A stretch of DNA of 64,000 nucleotides, from NCBI GenBank assembly GCA_008632985.1, contig QPGO01000111.1:62001-126000 (forward strand), read 5' to 3'. The position numbers and the translations under genes are program-made. Positions within the stretch are counted from its first letter, which is position 1; every line of letters begins with the position of its first letter. Under the pieces are notes generated by a model, which ran no database searches, was not told the origin of the DNA, and saw only the letters and a program-made list of their open reading frames with translations. Origin of the DNA: Psammoneis japonica (taxonomy: Eukaryota). Below are positions 14,661-29,082 of the stretch, piece by piece.

Positions 14661-17600
14661 ACATGTTCCATTTTAGTTTCTCAAGTGGTGCTGGCCTGTG
14701 CATCATGCACCATCCCCCACAGCCAGTTTGTTGCTCCAACTGGAGACACCAGCAAGACATGTTGTCAAACTTGCCACCAGAGTGAACTCCTTGGAACTGA
14801 GGATGTGTGGCTGATGAACTCTGGCCATTGTCTTCATTTGCAGCAATGGCAAGAGGGAAGAAGATGAGACATTCATCCCAGTCTCTGTCATCTGGCAATG
14901 GCTTTCAAAGCAGTGGTGTTGTTGCTTGCTTCATGAGATGCAAAGACATTAAATCTGAGCAACTCTTCCTGCTCTTCCCAGTGCTTCTCTTCCTGCAGTG
15001 CTGGGTGTGGTGTGCTTGCCAAAGTCATTGTCAGGGTTCAGGCCAAAATGGAGAAAGAAGAGCACTGGAGATGCCTTTGAAAATGTCTTTGGAGAGTCAA
15101 GAAAATGTCAAACAAGAAGAAGCAGGATGATGTGGACTTTGTCAATCAATGAAGGACTCTTGCTGCGGTGGTGAATCCCAAAACGTCCACTGCCGCCATC
15201 TGTAAAAATGGTCAGGCTGACATCACATGCAGTGCACTGCATGTGCTTTAAGATGTTGCTTGGCCCATTTTAGCCACTGTCCTTTCACTCCAAGCAGCAA
15301 GCACCTGTCAGAGAGCAGTGAGCTGGTGGAGGCTGCATGACACCCAGCTGCAGTGCTCAGCAGAAATCCAACAGCACATGGATGAAAACAATGGACGGCA
15401 ATTGCAGGCCAGGTCCTGAGCAGGACAAGCCATGTCATTTGTGAGACACTCTCCAACTCGGCATCCAGGCTCAATCCATTGTCACAGCAATTGAGCCAAC
15501 CATGGGCATCAGATGGAGTCAGCATGCACGCACATTCCATGGGTGGAGAATGGGGCATTTCTGCCAACAAATGTCAACGTCGACAATTTGGCGGAAAACA
15601 CACCACCCCACCGCAGTCCCAAGCAGCAGTTCTGGCAGCAGGCTCAGTGCCAAGTGCCTTTCTCATGTGCGCCAAAGCCTTCTCCTCACTTCCAAGGACA
15701 CATCTTTCCCATTTGTCTGATCTGTTGGACACCAATTGAGTCACAAAACAGATGGCAATGCCAAACAAATTCTTCCGTTGTCCGAAGCTGTTGCTTCCTC
15801 ATTTTCGTTGGCAGCATCATGCACCACACTCCTTTGGCCGGTGTCTCTCCGAATTGACGACAGTGTTGACACACTTGATGATTGTCCTGCACTTCATTTT
15901 GTGGCATCCAGAAGCTTCTTTGGCCACTTTGACTGTCCTTGTCATTTCATTGCATCGTCCCCCACTCTTGCACCAACAGCTCCAAGCTTTGTGGCCCAGA
16001 ATCTCAAGTGCCTTGTTGATTGCCTCACATTGGATCTTGTGGTCATCACTGACACTGCCATCTCGGGTGTGCTCCCCACATTGGCAGTGGACACCTGACA
16101 AAGAAAACGCACTCTCTCTCTTCATGCTCAAGATCCCGGTTCCTGGCTTCCAACGCACCCACCACCTCGGTTGAAAAGCGCATTGCCACAACAGCTGGGA
16201 AAGCCAGGAGAAGGCTTTGGCGCACGCCGCAGTTGGCATGAAACACCCTTGCTCTTCACAGACCCCACCAAAAGCGAACACAAGACAAAATGATCTTTTC
16301 AAAACCACAAAGAAGAGATCAGAAAAAAGAAATGTGAGCAAAGAAACAAGATGGGCGAATGAACATCAAAGCATGGGTCAGCAACAATTGCAAATGGCTG
16401 ATGCAAGACTGCACAAGTGTGAGACCAACATTTCTCACCACAAATCAAGCACACAGCACAAACAAGATGACGTGGGGGACACTTTTCTTGCATCTGCAAT
16501 GAAGAGACAACAGCAATGGCACGCAAGAGAGGAGATGCATTGAACGAACACACACCAAAGCATGGGTTGTGTCAATTCCATGTTTTTTGGTGTTTTTCTT
16601 GTTGACACGAGAGAACGATGTTTCTTGACACAGCTCCCACCCACAACACACCCGCCAAGACATGTGACACCTTTCATGACTGTGGCGAGTCAACACCAGC
16701 AAAGGGAGTCATCAGAGGAATTGAAGTGCATGAATCACATCATTGCGGCTGTTGGTGTTGATGTGGTGTGTGGTGTGGTGTGAAAAAATGTGCGTCTGCT
16801 GACCGTGAATCGGGCCATGCAGGTGAAAAATGGTCAAATTGTTTGTGGCTTGACATTTGCAAAAAACACACAATTGACAGCTGGACAGAGTCGGCACTTT
16901 TGGATGTGTTTTCAACCCAGGCGGGTCACTTGGGGACAATGCACCAGGTTCTCCGCACATTTCTGTGTGGCACGAACTTTTTGCACCACAGTTGCATGCA
17001 AATTTTGAGCTCCTGCACGATGTCATCTTTTTTCATGTCTTGTCCACAAATCACGCACACCAAAAATGGCCCCATGCCACCACCATGAACTCAACCACCC
17101 TCACACCGACGCCCGCAATGACAAAGAAGACAAGAATGGCAAAATGGGTCAATGAGACTGCGCTCAATGCAGTGATGTGGTTGAAATTTTGGTGTTTGCC
17201 GTTTGTTGCATGTCATGGATGGCCTTTCGTCTCACGACATTTTTGATGCCTCTTTTGCTCATCCTCAGATTGCAGTGCAGCATTGTTCAAAATGCAAGGC
17301 TCCATTGACTTGACACTTGATGCAAGCAACAGAATGTGTCATCATGATGCGTCAGCATGCTTTTGTGAAGCATTGAATGCACTTTAAGTTTGTGCGGACT
17401 GCGCTTTTGGGCAGTGCACAAACATCAAACATTGGCGCTGACAAAAGATTGATTCTGCACTCAGCTGTGAGGGTGCATGGGGATTGAGAAGCAACTGGAT
17501 GAATCTGACAGCTGCAATGTTGTAAAATGGAACAACGCTTTTAGCAACATCTGTGTGTTGCAGCCATTTTGCTTCGTTCCAAGGCAGAGCCAGTCAATTG

Positions 17601-18339
17601 AGTGTTGAAATGCTGTCAACATTTCATTGTCACCTCTGCTTCTGCTCATCAAATGACTTGGTTGCTCTGCACTCACCAAACTTTGATGCCAAAATTTCAA
17701 TGCCAGCATGTGGCTGACTCAAGACTCCCACACAGGTCGAAAAATCAGTCGATCTTTGAAGCAGCGGATCGCACAAAAAATGCACGTGTGAAGTCAGTTC
17801 CCCCAAATTTCACATGCAAAAAATGGAGTTAGAACGCCATTCTTTTTTGGTGTGAGCTCTTTGCACAACAGAGAATGTGGACATCCTTTCAAAACAGTCA
17901 AACCGGATGAAAGAAGCAGAGAAACAGTGACTCAAAGTCATTTGGAAAACTGCCGCGTGCAGTTTCCCGTCATTTTGAGACCAAAAAATTGACTTTGAAA
18001 GAGCTTTCTCTTGTTGTCTGCACCCTCCAACAAACAAAGAAGGCGGCCGGTTCATGAAAACAATCAGAGCATGAGCTTGGATGAGATTTTTTTTCATGCA
18101 AAAAGCACAGTGACGGAAAACAGTCGGATGCAATGTCACACCCTTGCGTGCACTCAAGTGACCCACCTGGGATGAAAACACATCTTTGCAACAATTTTGT
18201 TTGTTGACAGGTTTCACAATCAAATTAAAATGTTTGTGAGAATGCACAATCAACAAGTGAGAAAATTGAAGATTGGTGGACAGAAATGGCGCGCATGTGA
18301 GACAATTTTGTTTCTTGAGGCATTCACACAATGAGCTGA

Positions 18340-20820
18340 TGGATGGCAAGACAACTGGAATTTCTGATTTTTTTGCGCTGGAAACTCCATGCGTGCTGCA
18401 CACATCACTGTTGAAAATCGGTGACATGACGGTGGTGCATTGCATGACAATGGCAATGACAGCGACATGTCCCAGAGTCTTTTGTCATTGTGGACATTTG
18501 GTTTGTCAAGTTTGAGAATGTGTTTGGCAATGAAAGTCCCCAGGAGCAATCTCCGTTCGAAAGCAAAACGTCACACCAACACAGAGCTCTGTTTCCAACC
18601 TGTCGCTTTTGTGCATTCATTGTTGAATGATTGGGACTTTGTCAGGGGGACTTTCTTTGCACATTTGTGCTCCAAATGGTGCAGCCGATCATCTCATTGT
18701 GACAAGTGCCCATTGCAAAGTCATCCTGCATGAGCTTGAGAAAAATGTCATTGTCGTCATCGGCGTTGAAGGCAGTTTGTTGCGCAAATCACAAAAAATG
18801 CATGACTGTCATCTGTCTGACATTGCGCAGCTGTGCGCTTGTTGTGCACACACCTTGACAAGTTTCATTCTTGAGGATGGATCATCTAAATGAGGTGCTT
18901 TTTTGGTTGGCTTGTGATTTTGCAATTTTCTCTTGCTTCGCCCGCGTCATTTTGCGATGCCTCTGAGCACCCCCAAACACTTGTGAGTGTGCCCAGCCCC
19001 CACCAGGGCTGTCAGACCTGCATGCGAGCTGCACACTTCAACCTTCAAATGCCAATTGTCAGATTTGGTGCAGTTGTCATGTTCGACAATCCACTGTTTT
19101 GTCCAAAATCACACTTCTTGTGGGAGACAAGCCACAGCTTTCCAGGAAACACCAACAGTTGGCACTTGACTGGCTGTGGACATGTCTGCAGTCATCAAGC
19201 TAAAGATCGCGCATGGCCACAACCATTGCCAGCACATTCCATGATGTCTTTCGACACGTTCCAGATGCAGGTGGGAATCTGTGTGACATTGGGCCCGCAG
19301 AATTCTGTGTGCGAGCTCTGCAGTGAAATTGTCAGGCAATTGACACGCCAATGATCACCAACAGAAAATGAGGCAATTTTGCAAATGCACAAACTCGTCC
19401 ATGATTGAAGCGCATCAGCTTCTGCTTGGCCAGGTGCGTTCTTCAGACATTGAAGAATGCACCTGGCCTGTTTGTGTTTCTGTGATTTTGTCAAATGAAA
19501 CGTCTGGGGTTTTGCAGAACAGCAAGTCTGGAACAATTTTTTGAAATGTCACATGCAGAAATGCACGTGCAAAACATGCGACGGATGACAAAAAACAATT
19601 GTGTCACACATCAGTGCTGCGAGCTCCCACCTGGGCCTGGAACACATCTTTCAAAGGGACAAAGTTCGACCCATCGTTGAAAACATTTTGTTGGCACAAG
19701 TGCGCGCATCCAGTGTGAGAAATCCGGGTAAAAGCTCGCCGAAACAGACCTCATCTGGACAATCCACCCTTGAGGTGGTTGCAGAACCGTGAAAGAGATG
19801 ACAAGATGATTCAACTTTCTGACGTGCTCCAGCCGCACGTGAACCAAATCGTGCACAAAAACCACATCTGCACAATTTTTGCATGGCCCCCAACTTGCGA
19901 TCGATCTTTCACCACCAAAAGCATGGATTTGTGCAAATGCAAATGTTTTGCAACACCAACAAGACTCGTGTGAGTGTTGCAATGTCATTGTTGTTGTGCC
20001 ATCTCTGTTTTTCATTGCGCCAAAAGATTCGCAATGCAACGGATGATTTTCGGTGAAAATGTTGCCGTTGTTTGGATGTCACCCAAGTGCATCTTTCTGT
20101 GATGCTGCTTGGCAGGTTGTCCACCTGCAAATAAATCTCAGCACAAATCTGCTGAGGAAGTTTGTGACACACATCCCATGAGGACTTGAACACCCCAAAA
20201 AAAACTGTCTAAATGCACACACTCTAGAAGCCCATGAAAGTCAATCCGTGCAAGCATTTTGTGTGAAAATGCTGCACGCACTGAAAGACACACAAATTGC
20301 GCTCAAAATCGATTGTCATTTTGTGCATCACCTGGGACTGGAGCACGTCTTCTGATTTTTTTTGCACTGGAAACTTTGTGCGTGCTGCACGCATTGTCGT
20401 CAAAAATTGGCGACATGATGATGGTGCGTTGTCACAACGACATCGACAACAACGACGTGTCCTTGACTGTCTGGGCATCATGGACACTCAGTTTGTTGAG
20501 TTTAAGAGTGCACTCAGTCATGAAAGTCCCTGGGAGAAGCCTCCGTTCGAAAGCAAAACATCACGCCAACACCAAGCTCAATTTTTCGACCATCGTTTGA
20601 TGTGCTCGATCATGGAACGATTGAGAGTTCATCCGGGGGACTTTCTTGACGCACACGTGTTCTTAAGAGCATCATTGACACAGTCATCAAGTGCCAGTTG
20701 CGAGGTCTTTCTCTACGAGCATCGCAAACGTGTCATCGTCATCGTCGGCGTTGAACGGCAATTTGTCGTGCAAATCGCGAAAATGGCACGGACTGTTGTC
20801 TTCCGACATTCAGACACTGA
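18340..20820. repeat. Dispersed direct repeat, ~480 bp (18340-18825 and 20335-20815)
   Basis: Both copies share tctgattttttt..gc.ctggaaact, tgaaagtccc...ctccgttcgaaagcaaaac and gtcatcg.cggcgttgaa. Confidence 0.75.
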
Positions 20821-21259
20821 CAGACGGACAACACACACAGAAGAGATTTTATTCATCTAGATCGACAGATAAAATTTTATGCTGTTAACGGCAATAAATG
20901 CCAATGACGTCTAAATTCACAATAAAGAACATAGCGAACTTCAACACCCAAGATAATGACGCTCCACGTTCTGTGATTGGTTCTCTTGACACCTTTGGAG
21001 TTCGCATTCTGACACCCCCTCTGGTACGATCTGTCGTGCATTCTACAACGCACGTAGAATTCATACCACGAGTGGTTGTAGTTGCAGAGAGGATCGCTTT
21101 TCCATTCCTCGTAGGATTCTACGACAAGATCGTACGGATTAGTCATTTTCGAAATCCACCACACAACCCACGTTGCGAACCCCAATTTTTTGCTCCTCGG
21201 CATTGGATTCTCTCACAAAAAAACAAAAACAACAACAAGAAGAACAACAAAACAACAAC

Positions 21260-24090
<2,831 letters not shown>

Positions 24091-24279
24091 AGAGAGCTTC
24101 ACGCCCCTTGGCGTTGCTGAAGAGGTCTGTTTTGCAATTTTGCCTTTGTAGTGCTGATTGCAGCCTTGAAGGCGCTTAGCGATAATGTGTGCATGTATTT
24201 GATGGACGAAACCTTGGACGAACAAATCACGGGGTATATTTTTTAGTGTCCATAATATATTTACTTTTTACTTCGAGAG

Positions 24280-25370
24280 AACTACCTACCTCGTTTGTCT
24301 AATTTAGCTACTTTAGTATTTACACAATTGCCACAAATTATCAGTTGAGTCGCTGTCGCTTGCGACTGCCCGGGTCGTCGCTTGCTGACGGAACCGCTCC
24401 TAATGCATGAAGCTCTTCAAAGCACCGTTCGACGTCTCTCAAATTAAATGGCTTGGGGAGAAAAACACAAGACCCACTTGCTTCCGCCTCTGCTTCAAAA
24501 TTGTTTGCCACGTGGGCCGTGACAAAGGCAACTTTGGGTATCGGGTGGCCACCTTGCCGTGCCACAATCAAGCGGCACGCATCAATCCCATCCATGACGG
24601 GCACTTGCATATCCATCAGTACCACGTCGTATGGCTTGGCGGCTTCTTGATCGACGGCCTTTTGTCCATTGTCCACAACATCAACCTGCGTGACACTCAG
24701 TCGCTTGAGCATTCGAACAATAATCTTTTGATTAATGGTGTTGTCTTCGGCGACAAGCACTCGAAACTCCGAAAACGGAACTGCTTCGGTAGGCAAAGGC
24801 GGAATAGAGGCTTCCGCGACAGGAGGCAAAGTCGAGCTATCAAACAGAGCAAGCATGGAACGCATCAAGACGGACGGAATCATTTGCGTAAAGCATCGAA
24901 AGTGCCCGTGCTTCTCTTCCACACAATACTTTCGCCCGACTGTAACCAACACGGTTGCAGTCTTGGCTGCCAAGTTCCGATACGGATCAGCCTGAAACAG
25001 GTCTTCGTCGCAAAAGCAAATGTACCGTCCCTTCAAAACAACACCGCTAGCGACATGGGCATCCATGTCTCGCATGCACTTGAATCCGCGGTGCTTGATA
25101 TCGTACTGGGAGCAAATCTCTTGGAACCGGGCAGCTGAATTGCGATTGGAACCATCGTTCGAATCCTTCAGCACAGAAAAGATGGTTACATTCTGCATCT
25201 TGCGCGTCATGTCCGCAACGTCAACAGGAGTACCCGAGAAGGGAAAATCAACGACAAACTTGGACCATTCGCCCTTTTTGCTATCCACCGAGATTGACCC
25301 ACCAAGCGCTTTGACAAGTTTTAGGGTAATCGACAATCCGAGGCCTGTGCCACCGTAAATTCTTTCCGTG
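24280..25370 (-). pseudogene. 1,091-bp tandem duplicate of the 3' end of the hybrid histidine kinase (end of HATPase + receiver domain + 3' UTR)
   Basis: 24280-25370 aligns with 25371-26461 at high identity. It has no HisKA domain or 5' end of its own, and carries changes such as AEDNA>AEDNT and MDMQM>MDMQV. Confidence 0.85.
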
Positions 25371-25431
25371 AACTATCTACCTCGTTTGCCTAATTTAGCT
25401 ACTTTATTATTTACACAATTGCCACAAAATA

Positions 25432-27944
25432 TCAGTTGAGTCGCTGTCGCTTGCGACTCGCCGGGTCGTCGCTTCCTGACGGAACCGCTCCTAATGCATG
25501 AAGTTCTTCAAAGCACCGTTCGACGTCTCTCAAATTAAATGGCTTGGGGAGAAAGACGCAAGAACCACTTGCTTCCGCCTCTGCTTCAAAATTGTTTGCC
25601 ACGTGGGCCGTGACAAAGGCAACTTTAGGTATCGGGTGGCCACCTTGCCGTGCCACAATCAAGCGGCAAGCATCAATCCCATCCATGACGGGCATTTGCA
25701 TGTCCATCAGTACCACGTCGTATGGCTTGGCGGCTTCTTGATCGACGGCTTTTTGTCCATTGTCCACTACATCAACCTGCGTGACACCCAGTCGCTTGAG
25801 CATTCGAACAATGATCTTTTGGTTAATGGCGTTGTCTTCCGCGACAAGCACTCGAAACTCCGAAAACGGAACTGCTTCGGTAGGCATAGGCGGAGTAGAG
25901 GCTTCCGCGACAGGAGGCAAAGTCGAGCTATCAAACAGAGCAAGCATGGAACGCATCAAGACGGACGGAATCATTTGTGTAAAGCATCGAAAGTGCCCGT
26001 GCTTCTCCTCCACACAATACTTTCGCCCGACTGTAACCAACACGGTTGCAGTCTTGGCCGCCAAGTTCCGATACGGATCAGCCTGAAACAGGTCTTCGTC
26101 GCAAAAGCAAATGTACCGTCCCTTCAAAACAACACCGCTAGCGACAAGGGCATCCATGTCTCGCATGCACTTGAATCCGCGGTGTTTGATATCGTACTGG
26201 GAGCAAATCTCTTGGAAGCGGGCAGCTGAATTGCGATTGGAACCATCATTCGAATCCTTCAACACAGAAAAGATGGTTACATTCTGCATCTTGCGCGTCA
26301 TGTCCGCAACGTCAACAGGAGTACCCGAGAAGGGAAAATCAACGACAAACTTGGACCATTCGCCCTTTTTGCTATCTACCGAGATTGACCCACCAAGCGC
26401 TTTGACAAGTTTTAGTGTAATCGACAATCCGAGGCCTGTGCCACCGTAAATTCTTTCCGTGTCAGCACTGGCTTGATGAAAAGGGAGAAAGATGTTCTTG
26501 AATTCTTCCTTGTTGATTCCGTGGCCATGATCAATCACGATGAATCGAAGCACCTTGTCTGCGTTGTTGACTGGTAATGCAGACTCTTGGGTGCTATCAT
26601 CATCGCACGTAGTGCCGATCGAGTCTGATGAGGAGCGACGAGGGGCTTTGTGAAAGGGGCATCTCGACGGTATATCCCCATTGGACTCATTGTCCAGCCG
26701 CTCCGCGTCATTCATTTTTTCGGGGGCCTTTCCCTTGTCATCATTCCCTAGATTGCATAGTTGTACCTTGAGGTCCATTACACCATTTTCTGGGCTAAAC
26801 TTAAGCGCGTTTCCCAAAAGGTTGTAAAGAATCTGTTGAAGGCGTCGGCTGTCGGTGTTTACGAACTTGGGGAGCAGTGTATCAAACGTTGTACGGAGTT
26901 TCACGTTCTTCTCCACGCCCTTGTTTTCAATGGAATGCACAATGGTATTTATTGTGTCTTGCAGGTTGCTTTCTTTCATGACAATGTCCACGTTCCCTGA
27001 CTCTAACTTCGAGTAGTCCAAAACGTCATTGACCACGGTAAAAGCAGGTCACCACTAGCTACAATCATACCCAGACTTTCTCGCTGTTGGGGGTTCAGCG
27101 GAGTGTCTCGCAGGAGACTTGATAGCCCAATAATACAATTCAACGGAGTCCGAATCTCGTGGCTCATACTTGCAAAGTGCTCTAGCTGCTGAGCTGATGC
27201 TCGAACAACCTTGCGATTTGCGTCTTCCAGGCTCCGATTCGCCTGTTCTAATTCTTGCGTCCGCTCCGTCACCTTGTGCTCGAGCGTGTTGATCAAGCTT
27301 ATGTTTTGCTGGATCTGGAAATAGGCTTGAATGAGGTTGCTGCAAGTGACCGTAAATGGCTCTAAGAAATCTATATCAGCTTGTGAATACCCGCCGGGTT
27401 TGTTGGCTATTCCTACCATGCCGTTCATTTCTCCTCCCTTCTTTGTAAAGAATGGGATTCCCAAAAAGTGGTGAAGCGGTGGATGTCCTTTGGGAACGCC
27501 ACAGGCACGAGTGTCTGTGGAAGGGTTGTTACTTATGACACATGCCTTGGTTGTCATTACCTTTCCAAACAAAGTGTTCATGTTGTAAAATTTGAGACCC
27601 GAGTCGACATTCTCGTCATAAAAGGTTCTCGTTGCTGCATCCCAGGCAATGTTGGTAATCGCGTGTGTCTGTAAGAACATTGTACCATCCTGGTCATGCT
27701 TGACTTCTCCAATGAAGCCATACTCACTGTCCATGAGTTTGAGCAGGCCTTCCAGCAAGCACCCAAACACAACTTTGGGACCCTCGCTTTGCAAATACTG
27801 TCGCTGAACACGTGAAATTATGTCCAGCAAGTTCAACTTTTGAGCATGAGGTCGAGATTCTATCTTGAGTGCGGATAGCGAATCTTTTTCTTTTCTGATT
27901 TTCATAGCCCCATAATTTTCTCCTTGTAATGGGAAAACACCCAT
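25432..27944 (-). CDS. Hybrid sensor histidine kinase (GAF - HisKA - HATPase_c - receiver)
   Basis: GAF-like ([26 protein letters not shown]), H-box [14 protein letters not shown]-box [17 protein letters not shown]-box [34 protein letters not shown]. One 1-bp frameshift at ~27038 joins ORFs 27003-27944 and 25432-27036. Confidence 0.93.
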
Positions 27945-28578
27945 TCTTTCAGGATCTCCTCGGTTGATTCATCCGGCGGAGAGTCTGGCCCGCTCAGGTC
28001 GAGTTGCAGCTCTAGATGATCGATTTCGGCGAAGATCATCGTTGGTTGAAGTAGCGTGTATGGTAGCAGAGATTTTAGGCTTCACGGGAATAGATCCCTG
28101 TCAGGAGACTAACTTAGTGTAAGAAGAGTACTGTAGCGAGGGAGTTATCCTGCAGGTATTGGCCATTCGCGTTGAAGTCAAGCAGTTGGCAACTGCGGCA
28201 CCAACTGACGCTGCAGATCACGCCACGCCGCCGATCGCTCGCGTGCCGGGTGGCGGGAAATTGTGGATGTCTGTGCCGCGTCACACGGGTTTGAGGATAC
28301 TGAGAGACATCCTGTAGCATCTGAGTAGAAATGACAAACGGAGAAATTAATATTGTCCGAAGTCTCATGTTCAGTAGGTAAGTCGTAGAAATTATACCGT
28401 GTGGTACACAACCGTAGATTTCCACGTATGCTTTCTTACAGTATTCTACAGTAGCAGACAGACCGCCACTGCGATTTTCCTTGCATGTGGTGACACCCAA
28501 GTTGCCGACTGCCGCCGACATCAAAGATGCATCTTGTCGATACAGCGAAGAGCAAGAGGGTGCAGCACATATTGCACC

Positions 28579-29035
28579 ATGAGTTTAGCCGAGAAAGCAA
28601 CAGAACTTGCAGAGAAATGGGGAGCTTCGCTCACCAAGGGTGCCAAGGACGGAGATTTTTCGGCTTTTGAAGAGCTCTTTGTGAAGGATGAGCCGGTTTA
28701 TGTCGTTCTACAAGATTCCCAAGGAAATGAAATTGAATGCATTGTTGAAGATGATGGAGACGAGAATTCCTTCACTTGGAAGGAGCCAATTGATTTATTC
28801 AAGAAGGACACAAGCGCTGATGTGAACCATTTCAAAACGGAAAGCGACTGTCTCGGAGTCTTGGGCGATCGCATGATTGTGGAATCTTGTCGTTTCAACA
28901 AGGATGGCAAAATCTACCTGGCAGCCTTCTCCATTCTAACTTTGAATGAAGACGGAAAGGTCAAAGAGCACGAAGCCTTTTCGGAGCCGCAAGCAGAAAA
29001 ATTTGATGGCTGCTTCTTCTGCAAAATTAGCTCAG
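28579..29035 (+). pseudogene. Hypermutated paralog of 38328-38783 (SnoaL/NTF2-like)
   Basis: Near-identical to copy B but with many TA>CA/TG changes, a frameshift at ~28997 and the stop TAG changed to CAG at 29033. Confidence 0.88.
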
Positions 29036-29082
29036 CTTTGATGCTTGGTTTTAAAAATTCTCTTTCTTTCGCATTTACATTG

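Larger units (their letters stand above)
400..20850. other. TpA- and CpG-depleted degenerate repeat domain (old transposon/gene relics, not individually identifiable)
   Basis: TA dinucleotides nearly absent over ~20 kb, TG/CA very abundant, many local repeats. All ORF-track proteins here are Cys/His-rich, Tyr-poor and lack recognisable domains. TA returns at ~20850. Confidence 0.8.

Noticed and set aside
156..20860. Hundreds of 60-340 aa ORFs in the six-frame track (also 50000-51700 and 59560-64000)
   Set aside because: Loss of TA removes TAA/TAG stops and opens frames on both strands. The products are Cys/His-rich, Tyr-poor and lack domains.
27003..27045. Histidine kinase apparently split into two genes
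   Set aside because: A 1-bp indel beside an A run interrupts the conserved [16 protein letters not shown] helix. Likely a sequencing error.
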